From the NCBI GenBank assembly GCA_963750165.1, contig CAVVPN010000012.1:992001-1056000 (forward strand): 64,000 nt of DNA, given 5' to 3'. The notes beneath the pieces were generated by a model that searched no databases, was not told where the DNA came from, and was given only the letters and a program-made list of their open reading frames with translations. The stretch comes from an uncultured Gemmataceae bacterium. GTDB lineage: Bacteria > Planctomycetota > Planctomycetia > Gemmatales > Gemmataceae. Position numbers and translations under genes: made by a program. Below, piece by piece: positions 10,717 through 19,793 of the stretch (the stretch's first letter is position 1; every line of letters begins with the position of its first letter).

Positions 10717-11937
10717 ATGAGCAACGTACGTCCGTCCCTGGAAGCGCTGGAGACGCGCGAACTGCTGGCCGCGCAAGTCACTGCCAGCCTCGCCCAAAAC
10801 GTCCTCACCGTTGAGGGCACTCCCGGCGCCGACCACATCGCCTTCTGGGAGAGCCAGAATCAGATTTCCGTCCTCGGCGAGCCCATCAACCTGACCGGCA
10901 GACAGGTGGCGTCGGTCGCCAGCAGCAGCGTGTCGAAAATCGTCGTCAACACACTGGGCGGCGACGACGTGGTGCAGCTCAATCAGGACAAGTACGGTTC
11001 GCAGCCCATCACGCAGCCGGTGGTCATCAACGGCGGCGACGGCAACGACTACCTGGCCGCCGGCTGGGGCCCCACCACCATCAACGCCGGCGGCGGCAAC
11101 GACACCATCCTGGCCGGCCCGGGCACCGACACGATTAATACCGGCACCGGCAACAACACGATTTACGAGAGCACCGGCAACGCCACCATCGTCAACGGCG
11201 GTGGCAAGGACACCGTGATCCCGCCCCCCTCTCAGTCCCCCGCACCCTCGGCGACGGCGCCGACGTTCAACACCCGCAACTGGGCGCCCGCCGGCATCCA
11301 GCCAGCCGACGTGATCCAGCAGCAGGCGCCGACCTGCGCGTTCCTGGCGGCGCTGCAGACGGTCGCGCAAACGGACCCGTCGTTCCTGAACTCCGGCATC
11401 ACCTACCTGGGTTGGTACGAGTATCAGGTGCGGCTGTTCCGCCCGAATGCGGACGGCGTCACCGGCACCTGGGTGAATCAGGTGGTGTACTACAACGGCA
11501 CTGTGACGGCGACGGACTGCCGATTGCCGTCCGACGGCGATTACTGGGCCATTCTGTACCAGCGTGCCTGGGAGCAGGAGCGGACGTTCGAGGGTAAGTC
11601 CGACGTGGCCTTTCCGAGCGATGCGTTCCTGGCACTGACGGGCCGTGCGGGCGGCTGGGACTGGGCGACGAACCTGCCGCTGTTCCAGGCGCTGGTCAGC
11701 AATCCGGGCGTCAAACTGGTGGTGGCGACCAACACGAACCCGTCGGCCATCAGCCCGATGCTGATCGCGAACCATGCGTACTCCGTGGTCGGCATCGACC
11801 CGTTCGGCAACGTGGTGGTGCGCAATCCGTGGGGCTACGACGGCGGCGCCGTGGCGTCGGGCAACCCCAACGACGGCCTGGTGACGCTGACCTGGGCGCA
11901 GTTCAGCCAGTCCATGCTGACCATCTGGTATGATTGA
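10717..11937 (+). CDS. Planctomycete exported-type protein with Ca-binding (GGxGxD) repeats and a calpain-like C2 cysteine peptidase domain
   Basis: N-terminal RPSLEALETRELLA; GGDGNDYL and GGGNDTI repeats; triad motifs QQQAPTCAFLAAL, HAYSV and RNPWG. Confidence 0.8.
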   Translation: MSNVRPSLEALETRELLAAQVTASLAQNVLTVEGTPGADHIAFWESQNQISVLGEPINLTGRQVASVASSSVSKIVVNTLGGDDVVQLNQDKYGSQPITQPVVINGGDGNDYLAAGWGPTTINAGGGNDTILAGPGTDTINTGTGNNTIYESTGNATIVNGGGKDTVIPPPSQSPAPSATAPTFNTRNWAPAGIQPADVIQQQAPTCAFLAALQTVAQTDPSFLNSGITYLGWYEYQVRLFRPNADGVTGTWVNQVVYYNGTVTATDCRLPSDGDYWAILYQRAWEQERTFEGKSDVAFPSDAFLALTGRAGGWDWATNLPLFQALVSNPGVKLVVATNTNPSAISPMLIANHAYSVVGIDPFGNVVVRNPWGYDGGAVASGNPNDGLVTLTWAQFSQSMLTIWYD

Positions 11938-11942
11938 AGAAT

Positions 11943-11987
11943 AATTTCACCGCGGAGCACGCTCTCCGCGTGCTCCACGGTGAAATT
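11943..11987. repeat. Intergenic inverted repeat (REP-like or terminator)
   Basis: aatttcaccgcggagcacgc / gcgtgctccacggtgaaatt, followed by a T-run. Confidence 0.7.
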
Positions 11988-12006
11988 TTTCTTGCGAAGG
12001 TGACTC

Positions 12007-13137
12007 ATGAAACCCGGCCCGTTCTCCGATGTGCTGGTGGTCGATCTGACGCGAGTGCTGGCGGGTCCGTTCTGCACCATGATGCTCGCCGAGCTGGGCG
12101 CCCGCGTCATCAAGATCGAGAACCCCGCAGGCGGCGACGACTCGCGGCACTTCGCGCCATTTTTCCACGGCAAATCCGCCTACTTCCAGTCGCTGAATCG
12201 CGAAAAGGAGAGCATCGCTCTCGACCTGAAAACCGCGGCCGACCGCGAAGTGTTCCTGAACCTGGTCCGCCGCGCCGACGTGGTCGTGGAGAATTATCGG
12301 CCCGGCACACTGGACCGGCTCGGCCTCGGCTTCGCGCAGTTGCGTGAAGTCAACCCGCGGCTGATTTTCGCGTCGGTCTCGGGTTTCGGGCAGACAGGGC
12401 CGTGGAGCGGCAGGCCGGCGTACGACCTGATCGCGCAGGCGATGGGCGGCCTGATGAGCGTCACCGGGCCGCCGGAGGGGCCGGCGTACAAGGCGGGCAC
12501 GTCCGTCGGCGACATCACCGGCGGCCTGTTCGCGCTGGCTGGCATCGCCAGCGCCCTGTACCACCGCGAACGCACTGGCGCCAGCCTGCGCGTGGACGTG
12601 AGCATGCTCGACGGCCAGATCGCCATCCTGGAGAGCGCCGTCATGCGCTACGCCACCACGGGGCAGGCGCCGCCAGCGATGGGCAACCGCCATCCGTCCA
12701 TCACGCCGTTCGAGCCCTACGAGACGACCGACCGGCCGCTGGTGATCGCCTGCGGCAACGACCTGCTGTTCGCCCGGCTGTGCCAGGTGCTGGGCCATCC
12801 CGAGTGGGTCAACGATCCGCGCTTCGCCACCAACCGCGCTCGCTGCGCCCACGCCGCGGAGATGAAACACGTCCTGGAAGCGGTGTTGCGTACAGCGCCA
12901 GCGGCTGCGTGGCAGACGCGGCTGGAGGAAGCGGGGGTGCCGTGTACGCTGATCCACACCGTGGCAGACGCGGTGGAGCACCCGCAGGTGCAGGCGCGGC
13001 GGATGATCGTCGAGGCGGACGGCCTGCGCATGGCCGGCAATCCGATCAAGCTCGAAGCCTTCGCCGATCCACCGACCCGCCACCCGGCCCCGGACCTCAA
13101 CGCCGACGGCGATCGTATCCGCAAGGAGTTCGAGTAG
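12007..13137 (+). CDS. Family III CoA-transferase (CaiB/BaiF)
   Basis: DLTRVLAGPFCTMMLAELGARVIKIE, NREKESIALDLK, ADVVVENYRPG, SGFGQTGP and the catalytic Asp in VGDITGG. Confidence 0.95.
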   Translation: MKPGPFSDVLVVDLTRVLAGPFCTMMLAELGARVIKIENPAGGDDSRHFAPFFHGKSAYFQSLNREKESIALDLKTAADREVFLNLVRRADVVVENYRPGTLDRLGLGFAQLREVNPRLIFASVSGFGQTGPWSGRPAYDLIAQAMGGLMSVTGPPEGPAYKAGTSVGDITGGLFALAGIASALYHRERTGASLRVDVSMLDGQIAILESAVMRYATTGQAPPAMGNRHPSITPFEPYETTDRPLVIACGNDLLFARLCQVLGHPEWVNDPRFATNRARCAHAAEMKHVLEAVLRTAPAAAWQTRLEEAGVPCTLIHTVADAVEHPQVQARRMIVEADGLRMAGNPIKLEAFADPPTRHPAPDLNADGDRIRKEFE

Positions 13138-13144
13138 AAGTGAT

Positions 13145-13212
13145 GGCGAGCGGCGCGGCGTCAGCCCGCCGGTAGCGCGAAGCACCGGCGGGCTGACGCC
13201 GCGCCGCTCGCC
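13145..13212. repeat. Long palindrome (REP-like family B)
   Basis: ggcgagcggcgcggcgtcagcccgccggt ... accggcgggctgacgccgcgccgctcgcc. Confidence 0.85.
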
Positions 13213-13242
13213 TGTCGCCAGTTTCCCCTTACAATCGACCCC

Positions 13243-14528
13243 ATGAACACCCTGCGCATCAGCAACGGCCGGGTCATCGACCCGTCGCAGAACCTCGACA
13301 CCGTGACGGACCTGTGGATCCGCGGCGAGCAGGTCGTCGGCCTCGGTCCGCAGCCGCACCTGCACGCCGCCCGCACCCTGGACGCGACGGGCAAGTTCGT
13401 CTGCCCCGGCCTGATCGACATGCACGTCCACCTGCGCGAGCCCGGCCGCGAGGAGGACGAGACCATCGCCACGGGCACCGCGGCGGCGCTGGCCGGCGGC
13501 GTCACATCCGTGGCGTGCATGCCCAATACCGAGCCGGCGCTGGACAGCCAGGCGGCCGCGGAGTTCGTCTACCTCCAGGCGGAGCGCGCCGGCAACGCCA
13601 ATGTCTTCCCGGTCGGAGCGATCACCAAGGGCCGCCAGGGCGCCGAGCTGGCGGAGATGGGCGGCCTGGTCGAGGGCGGCGCCGTCGCCTTCACCGACGA
13701 CGACGCCCCGGTGGTCAGCGCCGAGATCATGCGCCGCGCATTGGAATACTGCCGCATGTTCGACAAGGCGGTGCTCAGCCACGCGCTCGACGCGGAGCTG
13801 CGCGCGGCGGTGTCATGAACGAGGGCTTCGAGAGTATGCGGCTGGGGCTGCGCGGCTTGCCGGCAGCCGCCGAGGAAGTCGTCATCCACCGCGACATCGA
13901 GCTGGCGCGGTTGACGGGCGGCCGGTTGCACATTCTGCACGTCTCGACGGCCGGTGGCGTGGACCTGATCCGGCGGGCGCGCGCCCGTGGCGTGCGCGTC
14001 AGTGGCGAAGCGTGCCCGCACCACTTCACGCTGACGGACCGGGAATTGCGCAGCTTCAACAGCAATTTCAAAACGGCGCCGCCGCTGCGCACCGCCGCGG
14101 ACGTGGCGGCGTTGATCGAGGGGCTGAAGGACGGCACGCTGAGCGTGATCGCGTCGGGTCACGCACCGCTGGCGCCGGAGAAGAAGATGCGCGAGCTGGA
14201 CCAGGCGCCGTTCGGCATCATCGGCCTGGAGACGTTGCTGCCGATGTGCGTCGTGGCGCTGATCGAGCCGGGCCATTTGACGTGGCCGCAGTTAATCGAG
14301 AAACTGACGATCAACCCGGCGCGGGTGCTGGGCATCGACCGCGGCACCTTGCAGCCGGGCACCGACGCGGACGTGACGATCATCGACCCGACGGCGGAAT
14401 GGCTGATCGATGGCGAGCAGTTCAAGTCGAAAAGCCGGAACAGCCCGTTCCTGGGCCGGCGGGTGCGCGGCCGGGCGCACGCGGTCGTGGTCGGCGGCGA
14501 GGTCAAGTACGAGCGCCCGCTGGCGTGA
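13243..14528 (+). CDS. pyrC: Dihydroorotase-like protein (type I/long form), frameshift near 13800, active-site substitutions
   Basis: [46 protein letters not shown] and SKSRNSPF. One missing base near 13800 splits ORFs 13243..13818 and 13314..14528. Confidence 0.85.
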
Positions 14529-14578
14529 AGCGCATACAATGAAGACTGGGAGCAAGTAACCCTGAGATGTTCTTTAGC

Positions 14579-14656
14579 CCCAGAGGACACCGAGAGAATA
14601 AGCAAAGAGAGAGATTGGTTTTCTTTTCCTCTCTGTGTCCTCTGTGTTCTCGGTGG
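14579..14656. repeat. Imperfect AG/CT-rich inverted repeat
   Basis: cagaggacaccgagag ... ctctctgtgtcctctgtgttctcggtg. Confidence 0.55.
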
Positions 14657-14678
14657 CGAACTTAACGAGGAGGCAGCC

Positions 14679-14915
14679 ATGGCAAACGACGAACTGGTCA
14701 CGGTCTACACCGTATCGACCCCGGATCAGGCGGAGATCATCAAGAACGCGCTGGAGACGGAGGGCCTGCGCTGCTTCATCGAGGACGAGAACCAGGCCGC
14801 GCTGGGGGGCCTGGCGAGCATCGCGATCCGCATCCAGGTGCCCGCCAACGAGGCCGAGCTGGCCCGCAAGTACATCCTCAAGCACGAGCACCACGGCCAC
14901 AAACATCACGGCTGA
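14679..14915 (+). CDS. Small DUF2007-like (putative signal-transducing) protein
   Basis: LVTVY...AEIIKNALETEG..CFI.DE...IRIQVP..EAELAR; gaggag RBS upstream. Confidence 0.8.
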   Translation: MANDELVTVYTVSTPDQAEIIKNALETEGLRCFIEDENQAALGGLASIAIRIQVPANEAELARKYILKHEHHGHKHHG

Positions 14916-14923
14916 GCAGCCGC

Positions 14924-14971
14924 GTTCTGCCGCTTGCGGCTTCGCGTGCTTTCTGCCGCAAGCGGCAGAAC
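14924..14971. repeat. Intergenic inverted repeat
   Basis: gttctgccgcttgcggc ... gccgcaagcggcagaac. Confidence 0.7.
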
Positions 14972-15006
14972 TTCAAGATCCCATCCCGTTCACGGAGACG
15001 CACACC

Positions 15007-16215
15007 ATGAACCGCCTTCTGACCGCTCTGTTGTTGGTCCTGGGTGCCGCGCCGGCCGCCCGCGCCCAGGCGACGCCCAACACCCTGACGCCGCAGGAAG
15101 TCAAGGACGGCGTGCTGCTGCTGTTCGACGGCAAGACAACCTTCGGCTGGAAGGTGGACGGCGAGGCCAGGGTGGAGAACGGCGTGCTGGTGCTCGGCGG
15201 CACCAAGGCAACCACGGCCCAGCCAACGACCGCGTTCACGAGCTTCGACCTGACGGTGGAACTGCGGAGCGAGGGCAAAAAGCAGGCGAAGTTTGTGCTG
15301 ACGCGCAGCCTCGGCGGCGGTGGCCAGGCGGAGCACGCGACCAATCTGGACGAGGCCGGGCCCAACGCCCAGACCGACTGGGATACCCTCTCGCTAGATG
15401 TGCGCCTGACCGATGACGGCAAGACGGACAACCAGAAGCTGGCGTACAAATCGACGAACGGCAACACCAGCGGCGGCAGTTCCAGCGGTGGCAACATCGC
15501 GCTCGGCGTGGCGACGTTGAAGTTCGTGGTTACGGCCGGCCAGACGCTGCGGCTGCGCAACGTCAAGCTGAAGCCGCTGGAACTGAAGTCGATTTTTAAC
15601 GGCAAGGATCTGACCGGCTGGAAGGAGTTCCCGGGCAAGAAATCGAAGTTCACCGTCAACGACAAGGGCGAGCTGAACATCAAGAACGGTCCCGGCGACC
15701 TGCAGACGGAGGAAAAATACGGCAACTTCGTGCTGCAACTGGAGTGCATCAGTCACGGTAAGGGCCTGAACAGCGGCGTCTTCTTCCGCTGCCGGCCGAA
15801 CGAGTACCAGAACGGCTACGAGGCGCAGATCCACAACGGCTTCGGCGCGGCGGCGAAGGATTACGTGGTCGAGAAGTATGACCCGGACACGCACAAGTTG
15901 CTCGGCAAGGACAAGGTGAAGTCGGCGGCGGTCGATTACGGCAGCGGGGCGATTTACCGCCGGGTGCCGGCGCGTTTCGCAGCGGCGAAGGACGGCGAAT
16001 GGTTCACGTTGACGGTGGTGGCGCAGGGCAACCACTTCGCCACGTGGGTGAACGGTGTGCAGATGGTGGACTGGGTGGATAACCGGCCGCCCAGCGACAA
16101 CGCCCGCAACGGCTACCGCGCGGCCGCCGGGCACATCAGTTTGCAGGGCCATGACCCGACGACGAATTTGAGCTTCCGCAACTTCCGCATCGCGGAGTTG
16201 CCGGGCGGGAATTAG
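15007..16215 (+). CDS. Secreted DUF1080 (3-keto-disaccharide hydrolase-like) protein
   Basis: Signal peptide; LLFDGKTTFGW and IFNGKDLTGW repeats; NSGVFFR, YEAQI, GHISLQGH and FRNFRI. Confidence 0.9.
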   Translation: MNRLLTALLLVLGAAPAARAQATPNTLTPQEVKDGVLLLFDGKTTFGWKVDGEARVENGVLVLGGTKATTAQPTTAFTSFDLTVELRSEGKKQAKFVLTRSLGGGGQAEHATNLDEAGPNAQTDWDTLSLDVRLTDDGKTDNQKLAYKSTNGNTSGGSSSGGNIALGVATLKFVVTAGQTLRLRNVKLKPLELKSIFNGKDLTGWKEFPGKKSKFTVNDKGELNIKNGPGDLQTEEKYGNFVLQLECISHGKGLNSGVFFRCRPNEYQNGYEAQIHNGFGAAAKDYVVEKYDPDTHKLLGKDKVKSAAVDYGSGAIYRRVPARFAAAKDGEWFTLTVVAQGNHFATWVNGVQMVDWVDNRPPSDNARNGYRAAAGHISLQGHDPTTNLSFRNFRIAELPGGN

Positions 16216-16280
16216 AGATTGTCCTCCGGCAGACATGAGCCTCAATCAAGGTGAGGGTATGGCGCAACTGAGGTAACGAG

Positions 16281-16400
16281 ATGCCCCTTGTTTACCGCTC
16301 CATGATCGACGACGGCGGACGGCCACAGGTCGGTCGATCCGCCACGGCACTGGGAGTTCGCGTGCCACCCCAAAAGCCAGCAGACATTACACCTGACCTC
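16281..16400 (+). pseudogene. N-terminal remnant of a small toxin-like (Tse2/ADP-ribosyltransferase-like) gene
   Basis: gaggt RBS plus MPLVYRSMIDDGGRPQVGRSATALGVRVP...DITPD, which resembles from memory the N-termini of that family. The frame then runs out of register into the next gene. Confidence 0.35.
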
Positions 16401-16425
16401 GATCACCCGGCTGTCGAATGGAGGA

Positions 16426-16815
16426 ATGCCAATGCCACACGACATTCGCGTCATCAAGGCCAGCGAGTTCCTCCGGGCCGACATCCAGGGCCATGTCGAT
16501 CTGCCCACGAGCAAGCACATCCTGGAGCAGCTGGCGGCGGCCGTCGCCGGCCACTCCGACCGGGACATCCTGGTGGACATCCGCGGGACCGAGGGCCCAC
16601 AACTGAGCAGCGTCGAGCTGTACGAGTTGGTGCAAATGCTCCGCCAGCTGGGTCTGGGGGTGCTCAACAAGATCGCCATCTTGCGGCGGGAGCGCGAAGG
16701 GTTCGACCGCCCCCGCTTCTTCGAGATGCTGGCCACCGACCGCGGCCTGCAGGTCGCCGTCTTCGAGGAGTTCGAGCCGGCGTTCAACTGGATCAACGCC
16801 GGCTCGGCCATCTGA
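16426..16815 (+). CDS. Hypothetical protein (STAS/SpoIIAA-like alpha/beta)
   Basis: ggagg RBS; ILVDIR...KIAIL...FFEMLATDRGLQVAVFEEFEPAFNWI pattern. Confidence 0.7.
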   Translation: MPMPHDIRVIKASEFLRADIQGHVDLPTSKHILEQLAAAVAGHSDRDILVDIRGTEGPQLSSVELYELVQMLRQLGLGVLNKIAILRREREGFDRPRFFEMLATDRGLQVAVFEEFEPAFNWINAGSAI

Positions 16816-16826
16816 CCGGGCCGCGC

Positions 16827-18485
16827 TCAGACGTGGGTCGGCCGCACGTGTTCGCTGTCCGCCGTGGGCAGCGTCACCGGCGGCGGCGCTTGCGGACGCG
16901 ACGCCCGCGAGACCAGGTACAAGGGCACTCCCGCAGCCAGGATCGCCAGCCCGACCAGCGACTCGTGCGGCGCATAGGTCACGCTGCCGTACAGCATGAA
17001 GCCGCAGAAGAAGCAGAACACCAGCGCCGGCAGCGGATACAACGGCGTCACGAACGGCCGCTCGATGTTGCGGTCCCGGAAGCGCAGCACAATCAGCGCC
17101 AGGCCGGTCAGCAGGAAGAACAGCCAGAACACCGCGGCGGTGCAGTTGACCAGAATGACGAAGCCACTCTTGCCCCGAAACCCCAGGCCGACCACCGTGA
17201 CCATGCCCACGCTGATCGCCGCCTGCGCCAGCAGCGACCGCACTGGCGTGCCCCAGCGCGGATCCCACTTGCTCAGCGCCGTGAACAGTTGATGGTCTGC
17301 CCCCATCTCCGAAAAGATGCGCGAGGTCGTGAAGATCATGCCGTTGATCGCCCCGAGCGCCGACAGCATCACCAGCAGACACATCGTCTGTTCGCTGATG
17401 TGGCCCGGCAATAGTTTCAGCACGTCCGCCGCCACCGCGGGCGAATCCGCCGCCCCTTCGTAGCCGAGGCCGATCAGGTAGGCGACGTTCACCAGCAGGT
17501 ACAGCAGCGTGACCGTGGCGGTGCCCAGCAGCAGCGCCAGCGGCAGGTTGCGACGGCGGTTCTGCACCTCCGCCGCGACGTACGCCGCCTCGTGCCAGCC
17601 CGCGTACGTCCACAGCACCAGGATCAACGCCAGCGCCAGCGCCCCCAGCGGCGCCAGCGTCGTCGCCTTGACGCGCACCGCCGCACCGCCTGCCTCCGGC
17701 ACGAGCAGCTTGACGGCCGTGCCCGGCGCGAGGTCCGCCAGCGCAGCGGGCGGTTGCTTCTCATTGTCGATGGTGATCTTCGCTGACTTCGCCAGGGGGA
17801 AGACCCATTCCCGATCCTCGTCGTCCCGCAGGCGCAACCGGCCGGAGGCGTCCACGGCCACGAACCGGCCCTCGACCACCGCCATCGGTTGGTTTTCGTA
17901 CACGGCACGGTACGCGCTGACCTCCCAGGTCCGCGCGAACCACAGGCCCGTCACGAGAATGGCCGCCAGCCCGAGCACCTTGAACGCCGTCAGGATATTC
18001 TGTGTAGACTTGCCGAACCGGACGCCGAGGATGTTGACGCAGGTGAGCACGACGATCACCAGCAGCGCCAGGCCGACGTGCGGGATTTTCGCCTCGCCCT
18101 CCAGCTGGGCAAGTTTGCCGGCATAGTCGGCGAAGATGTAGGCCATCGCGGCGATGCTGCCGCCGGTGCGGATGACCGCCAGCTGCGCCCAGGCGAACAG
18201 GAAGCCGGCCCACGGCCCATAGGCGCGCGTCAGGTAAACATACTCGCCACCGGAGCGCGGGTAGGTGCTGGCCAGTTCGGCGAAGCAGAATGCGCCGAGC
18301 AGCGAGATGAAACCGCCGAGCACCCAGATGGCCAGCGCCGCCCAGGGGCCGCTGGCGTAGCCGAAGACCACCGACGGCGTTTCGTAAATGCCGACGCCGA
18401 TGATGATGCCGACGATGATGCTCGTCGTGTCGAGCAAACCCAGGCGCGCCGACAGTAGCGGGCCAGTCTTCGGCGTGGAATCCAT
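16827..18485 (-). CDS. APC-family amino acid permease (LAT/SteT-like) with an inserted soluble domain
   Basis: GIIIGVGIY, FAELASTYPRSGGEYVYL, WTYAGWH and RPFVTPLYP; about 12 TM segments. Confidence 0.92.
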   Translation of the reverse strand: MDSTPKTGPLLSARLGLLDTTSIIVGIIIGVGIYETPSVVFGYASGPWAALAIWVLGGFISLLGAFCFAELASTYPRSGGEYVYLTRAYGPWAGFLFAWAQLAVIRTGGSIAAMAYIFADYAGKLAQLEGEAKIPHVGLALLVIVVLTCVNILGVRFGKSTQNILTAFKVLGLAAILVTGLWFARTWEVSAYRAVYENQPMAVVEGRFVAVDASGRLRLRDDEDREWVFPLAKSAKITIDNEKQPPAALADLAPGTAVKLLVPEAGGAAVRVKATTLAPLGALALALILVLWTYAGWHEAAYVAAEVQNRRRNLPLALLLGTATVTLLYLLVNVAYLIGLGYEGAADSPAVAADVLKLLPGHISEQTMCLLVMLSALGAINGMIFTTSRIFSEMGADHQLFTALSKWDPRWGTPVRSLLAQAAISVGMVTVVGLGFRGKSGFVILVNCTAAVFWLFFLLTGLALIVLRFRDRNIERPFVTPLYPLPALVFCFFCGFMLYGSVTYAPHESLVGLAILAAGVPLYLVSRASRPQAPPPVTLPTADSEHVRPTHV

Positions 18486-18767
18486 GTGGGAGGGCACTCC
18501 TGCTGGAGATCCGGGCCACGAGGACGGGGTGCGTTCGCCGGGGTGATGGTTGGGCCTCAACGGGATCGGGTTCGCCGCAGTCAAATGGCCAGGCGCAACC
18601 GGGACGGGGACCGCGTTCGTCTCTTATCCTAGCTGGCTTGCCGATTCCCGCCAGAGCAAATTGACCGCCCCTTGGCCGCGGTGCTCTTTCCGCTTGACAG
18701 TCGTTGTCGCAAGCCCCACGATAAATCCGCAACCATCCGACAGAAAGCAGCCTACCGAGACCTTGCC

Positions 18768-19724
18768 ATGCTGACACCGACCACTACCGATCCGCGGGCC
18801 TGGCGGGCAAGCACCCTGGACGCGCCTCACTCGTGGTATTATCCCCTGTCCGACAGTGCCCAGTCGGCCCTGGATCAGGCCCTTCAGCCCTGGCGACGGA
18901 ACCCCGGGCCGGTCACCGATCTGCGGGCCGACGACCGGTTGCGCGCCGCCTGCGCGGACGACCTGGCGCCGGCGCTGGCGGCGCTGGAAACGGGCCGCGG
19001 TTTCGCGGTCATCACGCCGGGCCGACCGGAGCGCTTCGCGCCGCAGGAGTGGCCAGCCGTCTACTGGCTCGTCGGCCAACTCCTGGGCCGGCCGTTCGAG
19101 CAGAACGTGCAGGGCACCCTGCTGTACGATGTGCGCGACACCGGCCAGGACGTGCGCTACGGCGCCCGCTTCTCCGTCACCAACGCCGAGAGCACTTTCC
19201 ACACCGACAACTCCTTCGGTGCCGACGTGCTCGATTACGTCGGGCTGCTGTGCGTCAATTCCGCGAAGTCAGGCGGTCTGAGCCAGGTGGTCAGCGGTTA
19301 TGCCATCCAGGACGAGTTGCGGGCCAACCACTGCGACGCCTGGGAGGTGCTGCATCGGCCGTTCCACGTTGATCGCCGCGGCGGAGTGCGGCCTGGCGAG
19401 GCGCCGACCGCGCGCTTCCCGGTCCTGGACAAGCACAACGGTGGACTGCTGATCCGCTACCTGCGTTACTGGATCGAGGCCGGCCACGAGAAGGCGGGCC
19501 AGCCGCTCTCGGCCGAGCAGGTGCGGGCGCTGGACGTGCTGGACCGCGTGGCCGCCCAACCGGGGCTGCGAGCGGAGTTCCTGCTGCGGCCGGGCGAGTT
19601 GTTCTTCATCAACAACCGCTGGATTCTGCACAACCGCACGGGCTTCGAGGACCACGCCGAGCCGGAACAGCGGCGGCATTACGTGCGGTTGTGGCTGCAG
19701 CGCGGCGGGCCGCGCGAAACGTAA
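18768..19724 (+). CDS. TauD/TfdA-family Fe(II)/2-oxoglutarate dioxygenase
   Basis: FHTD facial-triad motif, NNRWILHNRT and RRHYVRLWL. Confidence 0.9.
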   Translation: MLTPTTTDPRAWRASTLDAPHSWYYPLSDSAQSALDQALQPWRRNPGPVTDLRADDRLRAACADDLAPALAALETGRGFAVITPGRPERFAPQEWPAVYWLVGQLLGRPFEQNVQGTLLYDVRDTGQDVRYGARFSVTNAESTFHTDNSFGADVLDYVGLLCVNSAKSGGLSQVVSGYAIQDELRANHCDAWEVLHRPFHVDRRGGVRPGEAPTARFPVLDKHNGGLLIRYLRYWIEAGHEKAGQPLSAEQVRALDVLDRVAAQPGLRAEFLLRPGELFFINNRWILHNRTGFEDHAEPEQRRHYVRLWLQRGGPRET

Positions 19725-19793
19725 ACGGGAAGCGGTGCTGGTGGGAGGTTGAGGGGTTTTCTGTGGTTCCGCTTCTTCCTGGGTTTTTGCCCA

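Noticed and set aside
16400..17414. Remainder of the 377-aa ORF 16281..17414
   Set aside because: Out-of-frame overlap with 16426..16815 and antisense to the permease; Arg/Gly-rich shadow translation.
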